Counted from the stretch's first letter, positions 37,620 to 51,272 are shown. The stretch: DNA of 64,000 bases from Haliotis rubra (GCF_003918875.1 NW_025767588.1:372001-436000); one strand, 5' to 3'. Made by a program: numbers and translations. Notes: a model not told the origin generated them from the sequence alone.

Positions 37620-39728
37620 CCTGCCTGTTACGTTTATCCACGAGAGAATAAACGATTTGAATGTCGCTTTTGTGATTCACCAGACCTTTATATACTTGTG
37701 GTACGGGAAAACAGGATGCTGAATGTACATGCCCACACTGGAAGATTTTAGAAATTAAAATTCCAAAAACACTTTTTACAACTATACAGCGTGAAAAGTG
37801 AATCTTTATTATGTAATTTGGCACGGGACGGTGTCGCCTGCCTCTCTATATTATGCATATCTTCCTGCATAATTATAAAAAGCAAGCTGTGGATTTGTGA
37901 CCTCACCTGGCACCCTGTGGCCAGCTCACTGTTGGGAAGCAATTCAGACTGCATGGTTCATCCAATGCAATTGCAGCTACAGAGGAGAACTGAAAAAATG
38001 AATGGAGAGAGAATGTATAAAATGGACGATAAATGTTGAACTTCACTATTGCGTTAAGTGCAAGTACTGAGTCTAGTGTGCTACCGTTACTGGAGTCAAG
38101 AACGTTCAGCAACGTATGACAAACACTAGATGTTTAATGGCACAGGTTATGGGAAGCAAATTATTCATTTTTCATGATTATACTTAATATGAAGTGGCGT
38201 GTTTCAAGTTAAAGATATATTTTCAAAATTGAAATTCCTACCTTTTATTTCAAAATCACATTGCCTTCTAGAAACGCTTTCCTTTTCTCTTATTAGCAAA
38301 TGTCAAATATATCTATTGGTAACCGTAAGCTCAGGTAGTGCAACAGTTACAAATCTCCCATCTCTTAAATGAAAGAAATCTCATCCCATGTCCCCAGGCA
38401 TTGATGCCACCGATAGCTATCCTGACACGGTCACGGAAGTTGAGGCAGCATGGGCTCGCTATGGCGCCCGAAGTATACATTTGGGTAGACACACAAAAAT
38501 ACAGAATAATACCAGCAGAGTGAAAGCTCAGGACATGTGCACTCACCGGGCACACATTTTCGGTTTCCTGGCCTAAAACACATAATTGTTTTAGGGAAAT
38601 CATGTCAACCCTGTCATCAAACTCTCTCATTTAACTTCATAGAGTGTGTTTTCTTGATAGCGTTTGTGTACGTTAGTGTACTGTGTAGGTGTGTCAGGTT
38701 TGTGTGTATGTGCAAGTGTATATTTGGGTGTGAAAGTTCAGGTTGCGTGAAATGTTATTTGGCTCAAACCTTACAAAATGCTTAAATGTAATTCAGTTTT
38801 CTGAAGAGTCGAAAACGAGCAGCTCTTGAACACCACACGTGGACATGACGACACTAAATGATCAAACGAATACATGGTGTAAGCACTCTCTCAACAGGAA
38901 CATGTACGTGGTGATAGTTTACAACAGGCACTGGCGGGTGCAACTGACAATCTAAACCCTTGTATCACCTCTTGATGATAGCAGGTCGTTAACAGGCATT
39001 GAATGGATATATACGCAAAGTATGGCCTGAAAGCCACGATAAAACACATATGTTGACTAGGTAACCACTTCCTTTTCGGGTAGTGGAAGTTGAACACACC
39101 AACACCAGTTCCGCACCAAATGTCACTTGCTTGAACATATCTCTGCAAACATTCGGCCAAAGTCATTGTGTTAAAAAAGACTGCACTAAATATTGAAAAA
39201 GTATGGTCAGTTTTATTCACCGAATGAATACACTTTTAACAAACACAAAAATCATCCAATCACAGCCATCAGATGATTCTGCCTGCACTGAAGGCTCCCT
39301 AGGAAGAGTTCTTAAATGACGGGATCTGATTTGGTGTAGTATAACTTCTTGGCCTTCCGGGTCATAGTAAAATTCAGGGGAGGTAACTGCGGTATAGGGC
39401 CTTCTAAGGGGAAGTCTGTTTACTTGAACATTCATATTGTGCTAGACTCTTGAAAAAAGAACCATCATTTATATTTGGTTTTGGCCCTTTTATGTAGAAC
39501 GTGTCGTTGCACGGCTGGAAATCAGCACTACCACACAAGCTCCTGTTGTTATCTTCAGTGCATGATTGCACTGACACACGTGTGTCACCTTTCGATTGGA
39601 CGGTTTAAAATATAAGTTAGGTGGACGCCACCTAACCATTCACTCGCATGGTTCAAAAGTAAGTCCTGAATTAGGATTGTACTTGAAAAATATTAAAGCA
39701 AAGAAATCATTACAGTATAAATCACAGC

Positions 39729-39734
39729 TTTATT
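39729..39734 (-). promoter_or_regulatory. Polyadenylation signal of Gly/His gene copy 1 (present in every unit)
   Basis: AATAAA on the minus strand ~113 nt past the stop. Confidence 0.7.
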
Positions 39735-39846
39735 TGTACTTGTTGAGGAATATACAGATTGGTTGGATGCAGCATGGTAAGTGAAATCCACAAATGTGAT
39801 ATCAAATGTCCAGCATTTGATGTGAATATTATGATCCTTGGATCTT

Positions 39847-40477
39847 TCAACCATGGTGTCCGCCTCCTCCATGACCACCTCCTCCATGGCCACCTCCTCC
39901 GTGACCACCTCCTCCGTGGCCTCCTCCATGGCCGCCACCTCCTCCGTGACCACCTCCTCCGTGGCCTCCTCCATGGCCGCCACCTCCATGACCACCACCA
40001 TGGCCGCCGCCTCCATGACCACCACCATGGCCTCCACCTCCATGGCCACCACCACCGTGGCCTCCACCTCCATGGCCACCACCACCATGGCCTCCACCTC
40101 CATGGCCACCACCACCATGGCCTCCACCTCCATGGCCACCACCACCACCATGGCCTCCGCCTCCATGGCCACCACCACCATGGCCACCAAAGACGGAGCC
40201 AAGGAAGACTGTGAAGAATGTAAAGAAACAAATACGTAAGTGGTCATATATATGACAGGACAAATGACCCATACAAAATCCCGCTACCAATCACGATACA
40301 TGATTAGACCATGGTAAACACTTCCCCAATCATAAGGTTGTCAACATAATTGTAAAGCCACATTAAACTCATCAATAGCTACTACATTTGATCATTAGGA
40401 GTTTTAGCAATGAGAGATGTCAACAGATGAGAAAACTTACCCAAGACTACGACAACTGCAACGTTAAGAATACGCAT
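39847..40477 (-). CDS. Secreted Gly/His-only protein copy 1, join(40477..40441,40208..39847), 132 aa
   Basis: MRILNVAVVVVL-G|gtaagt...ttcacag|TC-FLGSVFG followed by 112 aa of 88 G + 24 H; intact. Confidence 0.9.
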
Positions 40478-40544
40478 CCTGCCTGTTACGTTTATCCACG
40501 AGAGAATAAACGATTTGAATGTCGCTTTTGTGATTCACCAGACC

Positions 40545-40552
40545 TTTATATA
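40545..40552 (-). promoter_or_regulatory. TATA box of Gly/His gene (also at 37687, 43405, 46253, 49113, 51968, 54795, 57633)
   Basis: TATATAAAG ~32 nt upstream of an Inr-like CATTC and ~70 nt upstream of the ATG. Confidence 0.8.
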
Positions 40553-42704
40553 CTTGTGGTACGGGAAAACAGGATGCTGAATGTACATGCCCACACTGGA
40601 AGATTTTAGAAATTAAAATTCCAAAAACACTTTTTACAACTATACAGCGTGAAAAGTGAATCTTTATTATGTAATTGGGCACGGGACGGTGTCGCCTGCC
40701 TCTCTATATTATGCATATCTTCCTGCATAATTATAAAAGCAAGCTGTGGATTTGTGACCTCACCTGGCACCCTGTGGCCAGCTCACTGTTGGGAAGCAAT
40801 TCAGACTGCATGGTTCATCCAATGCAATTGCAGCTACAGAGGAGAACTGAAAAATGAATGGAGAGAGAATGTATAAAATGGACGATAAATGTTGAACTTC
40901 ACTATTGCGTTAAGTGCAAGTACTGAGTCTAGTGTGCTACCGTTACTGGAGTCAAGAACGTTCAGCAACGTATGACAAACACTAGATGTTTAATGGCACA
41001 GGTTATGGGAAGCAAATTATTCATTTTTCATGATTATACTTAATATGAAGTGGCGTGTTTCAAGTTAAAGATATATTTTCAAAATTGAAATTCCTACCTT
41101 TTTATTTCAAAATCACATTGCCTTCTAGAAACGCTTTCCTTTTCTCTTATTAGCAAATGTCAAATATATCTATTGGTAACCGTAAGCTCAGGTAGTGCAA
41201 CAGTTACAAATCTCCCATCTCTTAAATGAAAGAAATCTCATCCCATGTCCCCAGGCATTGATGCCACCGATAGCTATCCTGACACGGTCACGGAAGTTGA
41301 GGCAGCATGGGCTCGCTATGGCGCCCGAAGTATACATTTGGGTAGACACACAAAAATACAGAATAATACCAGCAGAGTGAAAGCTCAGGACATGTGCACT
41401 CACCGGGCACACATTTTCGGTTTCCTGGCCTAAAACACATAATTGTTTTTTAGGGAAATCATGTCAACCCTGTCATCAAACTCTCTCATTTAACTTCATA
41501 GAGTGTGTTTTCTTGATAGCGTTTGTGTACGTTAGTGTACTGTGTAGGTGTGTCAGGTTTGTGTGTATGTGCAAGTGTATATTTGGGTGTGAAAGTTCAG
41601 GTTGCGTGAAATGTTATTTGGCTCAAACCTTACAAAATGCTTAAATGTAATTCAGTTTTCTGAAGAGTCGAAAACGAGCAGCTCTTGAACACCACACGTG
41701 GACATGACGACACTAAATGATCAAACGAATACATGGTGTAAGCACTCTCTCAACAGGAACATGTACGTGGTGATAGTTTACAACAGGCACTGGCGGGTGC
41801 AACTGACAATCTAAACCCTTGTATCACCTCTTGATGATAGCAGGTCGTTAACAGGCATTGAATGGATATATACGCAAAGTATGGCCTGAAAGCCACGATA
41901 AAACACATATGTTGACTAGGTAACCACTTCCTTTTCGGGTAGTGGAAGTTGAACACACCAACACCAGTTCCGCACCAAATGTCACTTGCTTGAACATATC
42001 TCTGCAAACATTCGGCCAAAGTCATTGTGTTAAAAAGACTGCACTAAATATTGAAAAAGTATGGTCAGTTTTATTCACCGAATGAATACACTTTTAACAA
42101 ACACAAAAATCATCCAATCACAGCCATCAGATGATTCTGCCTGCACTGAAGGCTCCCTAGGAAGAGTTCTTAAATGACGGGATCTGATTTGGTGTAGTAT
42201 AACTTCTTGGCCTTCCGGGTCATAGTAAAATTCAGGGGAGGTAACTGCGGTATAGGGCCTTCTAAGGGGAAGTCTGTTTACTTGAACATTCATATTGTGC
42301 TAGACTCTTGAAAAAAGAACCATCATTTATATTTGGTTTTGGCCCTTTTATGTAGAACGTGTCGTTGCACGGCTGGAAATCAGCACTACCACACAAGCTC
42401 CTGTTGTTATCTTCAGTGCATGATTGCACTGACACACGTGTGTCACCTTTCGATTGGACGGTTTAAAATATAAGTTAGGTGGACGCCACCTAACCATTCA
42501 CTCGCATGGTTCAAAAGTAAGTCCTGAATTAGGATTGTACTTGAAAAATATTAAAGCAAAGAAATCATTACAGTATAAATCACAGCTTTATTTGTACTTG
42601 TTGAGGAATATACAGATTGGTTGGATGCAGCATGGTAAGTGAAATCCACAAATGTGATATCAAATGTCCAGCATTTGATGTGAATATTATGATCCTTGGA
42701 TCTT

Positions 42705-43337
42705 TCAACCATGGTGTCCGCCTCCTCCATGACCACCTCCTCCATGGCCACCTCCTCCGTGACCACCTCCTCCGTGGCCCTCCTCCATGGCCGCCACCTC
42801 CTCCGTGACCACCTCCTCCGTGGCCTCCTCCATGGCCGCCACCTCCATGACCACCACCATGGCCGCCGCCTCCATGACCACCACCATGGCCGCCGCCTCC
42901 ATGACCACCACCACCGTGGCCCTCCACCTCCATGGCCACCACCACCATGGCCTCCACCTCCATGGCCACCACCACCATGGCCTCCACCTCCATGGCCACC
43001 ACCACCACCATGGCCTCCGCCTCCATGGCCACCACCACCATGGCCACCAAAGACGGAGCCAAGGAAGACTGTGAAGAATGTAAAGAAACAAATACGTAAG
43101 TGGTCATATATATGACAGGACAAATGACCCATACAAAATCCCGCTACCAATCACGATACATGATTAGACCATGGTAAACACTTCCCCAATCATAAGGTTG
43201 TCAACATAATTGTAAAGCCACATTAAACTCATCAATAGCTACTACATTTGATCATTAGGAGTTTTAGCAATGAGAGATGTCAACAGATGAGAAAACTTAC
43301 CCAAGACTACGACAACTGCAACGTTAAGAATACGCAT
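42705..43337 (-). CDS. Gly/His protein copy 2, join(43337..43301,43068..42705); two +1 indels (~42780, ~42921)
   Basis: Same gene structure; extra C in ggccc runs (error or pseudogene). Confidence 0.75.
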
Positions 43338-45565
43338 CCTGCCTGTTACGTTTATCCACGAGAGAATAAACGATTTGAATGTCGCTTTTGTGATTCACCA
43401 GACCTTTATATACTTGTGGTACGGGAAAACAGGATGCTGAATGTACATGCCCACACTGGAAGATTTTAGAAATTAAAATTCCAAAAACACTTTTTACAAC
43501 TATACAGCGTGAAAAGTGAATCTTTATTATGTAATTGGGCACGGGACGGTGTCGCCTGCCTCTCTATATTATGCATATCTTCCTGCATAATTATAAAAAG
43601 CAAGCTGTGGATTTGTGACCTCACCTGGCACCCTGTGGCCAGCTCACTGTTGGGAAGCAATTCAGACTGCATGGTTCATCCAATGCAATTGCAGCTACAG
43701 AGGAGAACTGAAAAAATGAATGGAGAGAGAATGTATAAAATGGACGATAAATGTTGAACTTCACTATTGCGTTAAGTGCAAGTACTGAGTCTAGTGTGCT
43801 ACCGTTACTGGAGTCAAGAACGTTCAGCAACGTATGACAAACACTAGATGTTTAATGGCACAGGTTATGGGAAGCAAATTATTCATTTTTCATGATTATA
43901 CTTAATATGAAGTGGCGTGTTTCAAGTTAAAGATATATTTTCAAAATTGAAATTCCTACCTTTTTATTTCAAAATCACATTGCCTTCTAGAAACGCTTTC
44001 CTTTTCTCTTATTAGCAAATGTCAAATATATCTATTGGTAACCGTAAGCTCAGGTAGTGCAACAGTTACAAATCTCCCATCTCTTAAATGAAAGAAATCT
44101 CATCCCATGTCCCCAGGCATTGATGCCACCGATAGCTATCCTGACACGGTCACGGAAGTTGAGGCAGCATGGGCTCGCTATGGCGCCCGAAGTATACATT
44201 TGGGTAGACACACAAAAATACAGAATAATACCAGCAGAGTGAAAGCTCAGGACATGTGCACTCACCGGGCACACATTTTCGGTTTCCTGGCCTAAAACAC
44301 ATAATTGTTTTTAGGGAAATCATGTCAACCCTGTCATCAAACTCTCTCATTTAACTTCATAGAGTGTGTTTTCTTGATAGCGTTTGTGTACGTTAGTGTA
44401 CTGTGTAGGTGTGTCAGGTTTGTGTGTATGTGCAAGTGTATATTTGGGTGTGAAAGTTCAGGTTGCGTGAAATGTTATTTGGCTCAAACCTTACAAAATG
44501 CTTAAATGTAATTCAGTTTTCTGAAGAGTCGAAAACGAGCAGCTCTTGAACACCACACGTGGACATGACGACACTAAATGATCAAACGAATACATGGTGT
44601 AAGCACTCTCTCAACAGGAACATGTACGTGGTGATAGTTTACAACAGGCACTGGCGGGTGCAACTGACAATCTAAACCCTTGTATCACCTCTTGATGATA
44701 GCAGGTCGTTAACAGGCATTGAATGGATATATACGCAAAGTATGGCCTGAAAGCCACGATAAAACACATATGTTGACTAGGTAACCACTTCCTTTTCGGG
44801 TAGTGGAAGTTGAACACACCAACACCAGTTCCGCACCAAATGTCACTTGCTTGAACATATCTCTGCAAACATTCGGCCAAAGTCATTGTGTTAAAAAGAC
44901 TGCACTAAATATTGAAAAAGTATGGTCAGTTTTATTCACCGAATGAATACACTTTTAACAAACACAAAAATCATCCAATCACAGCCATCAGATGATTCTG
45001 CCTGCACTGAAGGCTCCCTAGGAAGAGTTCTTAAATGACGGGATCTGATTTGGTGTAGTATAACTTCTTGGCCTTCCGGGTCATAGTAAAATTCAGGGGA
45101 GGTAACTGCGGTATAGGGCCTTCTAAGGGGAAGTCTGTTTACTTGAACATTCATATTGTGCTAGACTCTTGAAAAAAGAACCATCATTTATATTTGGTTT
45201 TGGCCCTTTTATGTAGAACGTGTCGTTGCACGGCTGGAAATCAGCACTACCACACAAGCTCCTGTTGTTATCTTCAGTGCATGATTGCACTGACACACGT
45301 GTGTCACCTTTCGATTGGACGGTTTAAAATATAAGTTAGGTGGACGCCACCTAACCATTCACTCGCATGGTTCAAAAGTAAGTCCTGAATTAGGATTGTA
45401 CTTGAAAAATATTAAAGCAAAGAAATCATTACAGTATAAATCACAGCTTTATTTGTACTTGTTGAGGAATATACAGATTGGTTGGATGCAGCATGGTAAG
45501 TGAAATCCACAAATGTGATATCAAATGTCCAGCATTTGATGTGAATATTATGATCCTTGGATCTT

Positions 45566-46185
45566 TCAACCATGGTGTCCGCCTCCTCCATGACCACCTC
45601 CTCCATGGCCACCTCCTCCGTGACCACCTCCTCCGTGGCCTCCTCCATGGCCGCCACCTCCTCCGTGACCACCTCCTCCGTGGCCTCCTCCATGGCCGCC
45701 ACCTCCATGACCACCACCATGGCCGCCGCCTCCATGACCACCACCATGGGCCGCCCACCTCCACCGTGGCCTCCCACCACCATGGCCACCACCCATGGCC
45801 TCCACCTCCATGGCCACCACCACCATGGCCTCCACCTCCATGGCCACCACCACCACCATGGCCTCCGCCTCCATGGCCACCACCACCATGGCCACCAAAG
45901 ACGGAGCCAAGGAAGACTGTGAAGAATGTAAAGAAACAAATACGTAAGTGGTCATATATATGACAGGACAAATGACCCATACAAAATCCCGCTACCAATC
46001 ACGATACATGATTAGACCATGGTAAACACTTCCCCAATCATAAGGTTGTCAACATAATTGTAAAGCCACATTAAACTCATCAATAGCTACTACATTTGAT
46101 CATTAGGAGTTTTAGCAATGAGAGATGTCAACAGATGAGAAAACTTACCCAAGACTACGACAACTGCAACGTTAAGAATACGCAT
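45566..46185 (-). CDS. Gly/His protein copy 3, join(46185..46149,45916..45566); frameshifted/garbled ~45748-45800
   Basis: Same gene structure; cluster of homopolymer indels. Confidence 0.72.
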
Positions 46186-48417
46186 CCTGCCTGTTACGTT
46201 TATCCACGAGAGAATAAACGATTTGAATGTCGCTTTTGTGATTCACCAGACCTTTATATACTTGTGGTACGGGAAAACAGGATGCTGAATGTACATGCCC
46301 ACACTGGAAGATTTTAGAAATTAAAATTCCAAAAACACTTTTTTACAACTATACAGCGTGAAAAGTGAATCTTTATTATGTAATTGGGCACGGGACGGTG
46401 TCGCCTGCCTCTCTATATTATGCATATCTTCCTGCATAATTATAAAAAGCAAGCTGTGGATTTGTGACCTCACCTGGCACCCTGTGGCCAGCTCACTGTT
46501 GGGAAGCAATTCAGACTGCATGGTTCATCCAATGCAATTGCAGCTACAGAGGAGAACTGAAAAAATGAATGGAGAGAGAATGTATAAAATGGACGATAAA
46601 TGTTGAACTTCACTATTGCGTTAAGTGCAAGTACTGAGTCTAGTGTGCTACCGTTACTGGAGTCAAGAACGTTCAGCAACGTATGACAAACACTAGATGT
46701 TTAATGGCACAGGTTATGGGAAGCAAATTATTCATTTTTCATGATTATACTTAATATGAAGTGGCGTGTTTCAAGTTAAAGATATATTTTCAAAATTGAA
46801 ATTCCTACCTTTTTATTTCAAAATCACATTGCCTTCTAGAAACGCTTTCCTTTTCTCTTATTAGCAAATGTCAAATATATCTATTGGTAACCGTAAGCTC
46901 AGGTAGTGCAACAGTTACAAATCTCCCATCTCTTAAATGAAAGAAATCTCATCCCATGTCCCCAGGCATTGATGCCACCGATAGCTATCCTGACACGGTC
47001 ACGGAAGTTGAGGCAGCATGGGCTCGCTATGGCGCCCGAAGTATACATTTGGGTAGACACACAAAAATACAGAATAATACCAGCAGAGTGAAAGCTCAGG
47101 ACATGTGCACTCACCGGGCACACATTTTCGGTTTCCTGGCCTAAAACACATAATTGTTTTTAGGGAAATCATGTCAACCCTGTCATCAAACTCTCTCATT
47201 TAACTTCATAGAGTGTGTTTTCTTGATAGCGTTTGTGTACGTTAGTGTACTGTGTAGGTGTGTCAGGTTTGTGTGTATGTGCAAGTGTATATTTGGGTGT
47301 GAAAGTTCAGGTTGCGTGAAATGTTATTTGGCTCAAACCTTACAAAATGCTTAAATGTAATTCAGTTTTCTGAAGAGTCGAAAACGAGCAGCTCTTGAAC
47401 ACCACACGTGGACATGACGACACTAAATGATCAAACGAATACATGGTGTAAGCACTCTCTCAACAGGAACATGTACGTGGTGATAGTTTACAACAGGCAC
47501 TGGCGGGTGCAACTGACAATCTAAACCCTTGTATCACCTCTTGATGATAGCAGGTCGTTAACAGGCATTGAATGGATATATACGCAAAGTATGGCCTGAA
47601 AGCCACGATAAAACACATATGTTGACTAGGTAACCACTTCCTTTTCGGGTAGTGGAAGTTGAACACACCAACACCAGTTCCGCACCAAATGTCACTTGCT
47701 TGAACATATCTCTGCAAACATTCGGCCAAAGTCATTGTGTAAAAAAAAGACTGCACTAAATATTGAAAAAGTATGGTCAGTTTTATTCACCGAATGAATA
47801 CACTTTTAACAAACACAAAATCATCCAATCACAGCCATCAGATGATTCTGCCTGCACTGAAGGCTCCCTAGGAAGAGTTCTTAAATGACGGGATCTGATT
47901 TGGTGTAGTATAACTATCTTGGCCTTCCGGGTCATAGTAAAATTCAGGGGAGGTAACTGCGGTATAGGGCCTTCTAAGGGGAAGTCTGTTTACTTGAACA
48001 TTCATATTGTGCTAGACTCTTGAAAAAAGAACCATCATTTATATTTGGTTTTGGCCCTTTTATGTAGAACGTGTCGTTGCACGGCTGGAAATCAGCACTA
48101 CCACACAAGCTCCTGTTGTTATCTTCAGTGCATGATTGCACTGACACACGTGTCACCTTTCGATTGGACGGTTTAAAATATAAGTTAGGTGGACGCCACC
48201 TAACCATTCACTCGCATGGTTCAAAAGTAAGTCCTGAATTAGGATTGTACTTGAAAAATATTAAAGCAAAGAAATCATTACAGTATAAATCACAGCTTTA
48301 TTTGTACTTGTTGAGGAATATACAGATTGGTTGGATGCAGCAGCATGGTAAGTGAAATCCACAAATGTGATATCAAATGTCCAGCATTTGATGTGAATAT
48401 TATGATCCTTGGATCTT

Positions 48418-49045
48418 TCAACCATGGTGTCCGCCTCCTCCATGACCACCTCCTCCATGGCCACCTCCTCCGTGACCACCTCCTCCGTGGCCTCCTCCAT
48501 GGCCGCCACCTCCTCCGTGACCACCTCCTCCGTGGCCTCCTCCATGGCCGCCACCTCCATGACCACCACCATGGCCGCCGCCTCCATGACCACCACCATG
48601 GCCGCCGCCTCCATGACCACCACCGTGGCCTCCACCTCCATGGCCACCACCACCATGGCCTCCACCTCCATGGCCACCACCACCATGGCCTCCACCTCCA
48701 TGGCCACCACCACCACCATGGCCTCCGCCTCCATGGCCACCACCACCATGGCCACCAAAGACGGAGCCAAGGAAGACTGTGAAGAATGTAAAGAAACAAA
48801 TACGTAAGTGGTCATATATATGACAGGACAAATGACCCATACAAAATCCCGCTACCAATCACGATACATGATTAGACCATGGTAAACACTTCCCCAATCA
48901 TAAGGTTGTCAACATAATTGTAAAGCCACATTAAACTCATCAATAGCTACTACATTTGATCATTAGGAGTTTTAGCAATGAGAGATGTCAACAGATGAGA
49001 AAACTTACCCAAGACTACGACAACTGCAACGTTAAGAATACGCAT
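48418..49045 (-). CDS. Gly/His protein copy 4, join(49045..49009,48776..48418), 131 aa
   Basis: Intact. Confidence 0.9.
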
Positions 49046-51272
49046 CCTGCCTGTTACGTTTATCCACGAGAGAATAAACGATTTGAATGTCGCTTTTGTG
49101 ATTCACCAGACCTTTATATACTTGTGGTACGGGAAAACAGGATGCTGAATGTACATGCCCACACTGGAAGATTTTAGAAATTAAAATTCCAAAAACACTT
49201 TTTACAACTATACAGCGTGAAAAGTGAATCTTTATTATGTAATTGGGCACGGGACGGTGTCGCCTGCCTCTCTATATTATGCATATCTTCCTGCATAATT
49301 ATAAAAAGCAAGCTGTGGATTTGTGACCTCACCTGGCACCCTGTGGCCAGCTCACTGTTGGGAAGCAATTCAGACTGCATGGTTCATCCAATGCAATTGC
49401 AGCTACAGAGGAGAACTGAAAAAATGAATGGAGAGAGAATGTATAAAATGGACGATAAATGTTGAACTTCACTATTGCGTTAAGTGCAAGTACTGAGTCT
49501 AGTGTGCTACCGTTACTGGAGTCAAGAACGTTCAGCAACGTATGACAAACACTAGATGTTTAATGGCACAGGTTATGGGAAGCAAATTATTCATTTTTCA
49601 TGATTATACTTAATATGAAGTGGCGTGTTTCAAGTTAAAGATATATTTTCAAAATTGAAATTCCTACCTTTTTATTTCAAAATCACATTGCCTTCTAGAA
49701 ACGCTTTCCTTTTCTCTTATTAGCAAATGTCAAATATATCTATTGGTAACCGTAAGCTCAGGTAGTGCAACAGTTACAAATCTCCCATCTCTTAAATGAA
49801 AGAAATCTCATCCCATGTCCCCAGGCATTGATGCCACCGATAGCTATCCTGACACGGTCACGGAAGTTGAGGCAGCATGGGCTCGCTATGGCGCCCGAAG
49901 TATACATTTGGGTAGACACACAAAAATACAGAATAATACCAGCAGAGTGAAAGCTCAGGACATGTGCACTCACCGGGCACACATTTTCGGTTTCCTGGCC
50001 TAAAACACATAATTGTTTTTAGGGAAATCATGTCAACCCTGTCATCAAACTCTCTCATTTAACTTCATAGAGTGTGTTTTCTTGATAGCGTTTGTGTACG
50101 TTAGTGTACTGTGTAGGTGTGTCAGGTTTGTGTGTATGTGCAAGTGTATATTTGGGTGTGAAAGTTCAGGTTGCGTGAAATGTTATTTGGCTCAAACCTT
50201 ACAAAATGCTTAAATGTAATTCAGTTTTCTGAAGAGTCGAAAACGAGCAGCTCTTGAACACCACACGTGGACATGACGACACTAAATGATCAAACGAATA
50301 CATGGTGTAAGCACTCTCTCAACAGGAACATGTACGTGGTGATAGTTTACAACAGGCACTGGCGGGTGCAACTGACAATCTAAACCCTTGTATCACCTCT
50401 TGATGATAGCAGGTCGTTAACAGGCATTGAATGGATATATACGCAAAGTATGGCCTGAAAGCCACGATAAAACACATATGTTGACTAGGTAACCACTTCC
50501 TTTTCGGGTAGTGGAAGTTGAACACACCAACACCAGTTCCGCACCAAATGTCACTTGCTTGAACATATCTCTGCAAACATTCGGCCAAAGTCATTGTGTT
50601 AAAAAGACTGCACTAAATATTGAAAAGTATGGTCAGTTTTATTCACCGAATGAATACACTTTTAACAAACACAAAAATCATCCAATCACAGCCATCAGAT
50701 GATTCTGCCTGCACTGAAGGCTCCCTAGGAAGAGTTCTTAAATGACGGGATCTGATTTGGTGTAGTATAACTTCTTGGCCTTCCGGGTCATAGTAAAATT
50801 CAGGGGAGGTAACTGCGGTATAGGGCCTTCTAAGGGGAAGTCTGTTTACTTGAACATTCATATTGTGCTAGACTCTTGAAAAAAGAACCATCATTTATAT
50901 TTGGTTTTGGCCCTTTTATGTAGAACGTGTCGTTGCACGGCTGGAAATCAGCACTACCACACAAGCTCCTGTTGTTATCTTCAGTGCATGATTGCACTGA
51001 CACACGTGTGTCACCTTTCGATTGGACGGTTTAAAATATAAGTTAGGTGGACGCCACCTAACCATTCACTCGCATGGTTCAAAAGTAAGTCCTGAATTAG
51101 GATTGTACTTGAAAAATATTAAAGCAAAGAAATCATTACAGTATAAATCACAGCTTTATTTGTACTTGTTGAGGAATATACAGATTGGTTGGATGCAGCA
51201 TGGTAAGTGAAATCCACAAATGTGATATCAAATGTCCAGCATTTGATGTGAATATTATGATCCTTGGATCTT

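Noticed and set aside
37560-39700. Short 60-110-aa ORFs repeated in every array unit
   Set aside because: Their recurrence reflects recent duplication rather than conservation; there are no recognisable domains apart from GPCR relic fragments.
39693-40290. W/R/P-rich, M/V/E/A-rich, H/L-rich and S/T/M/A-rich ORFs overlapping each Gly/His exon, and the unspliced MVAGFCMGH... start
   Set aside because: These are shadow frames of a stop-free triplet repeat. Only the G/H frame has a matching splice acceptor, signal exon, TATA box and wobble-only variation. The unspliced N-terminus is intron.
41395-41401. Metal-response element (TGCACTC) upstream of the Gly/His gene
   Set aside because: About two matches per 2.85-kb unit is roughly the chance expectation, and none is near the TATA box.
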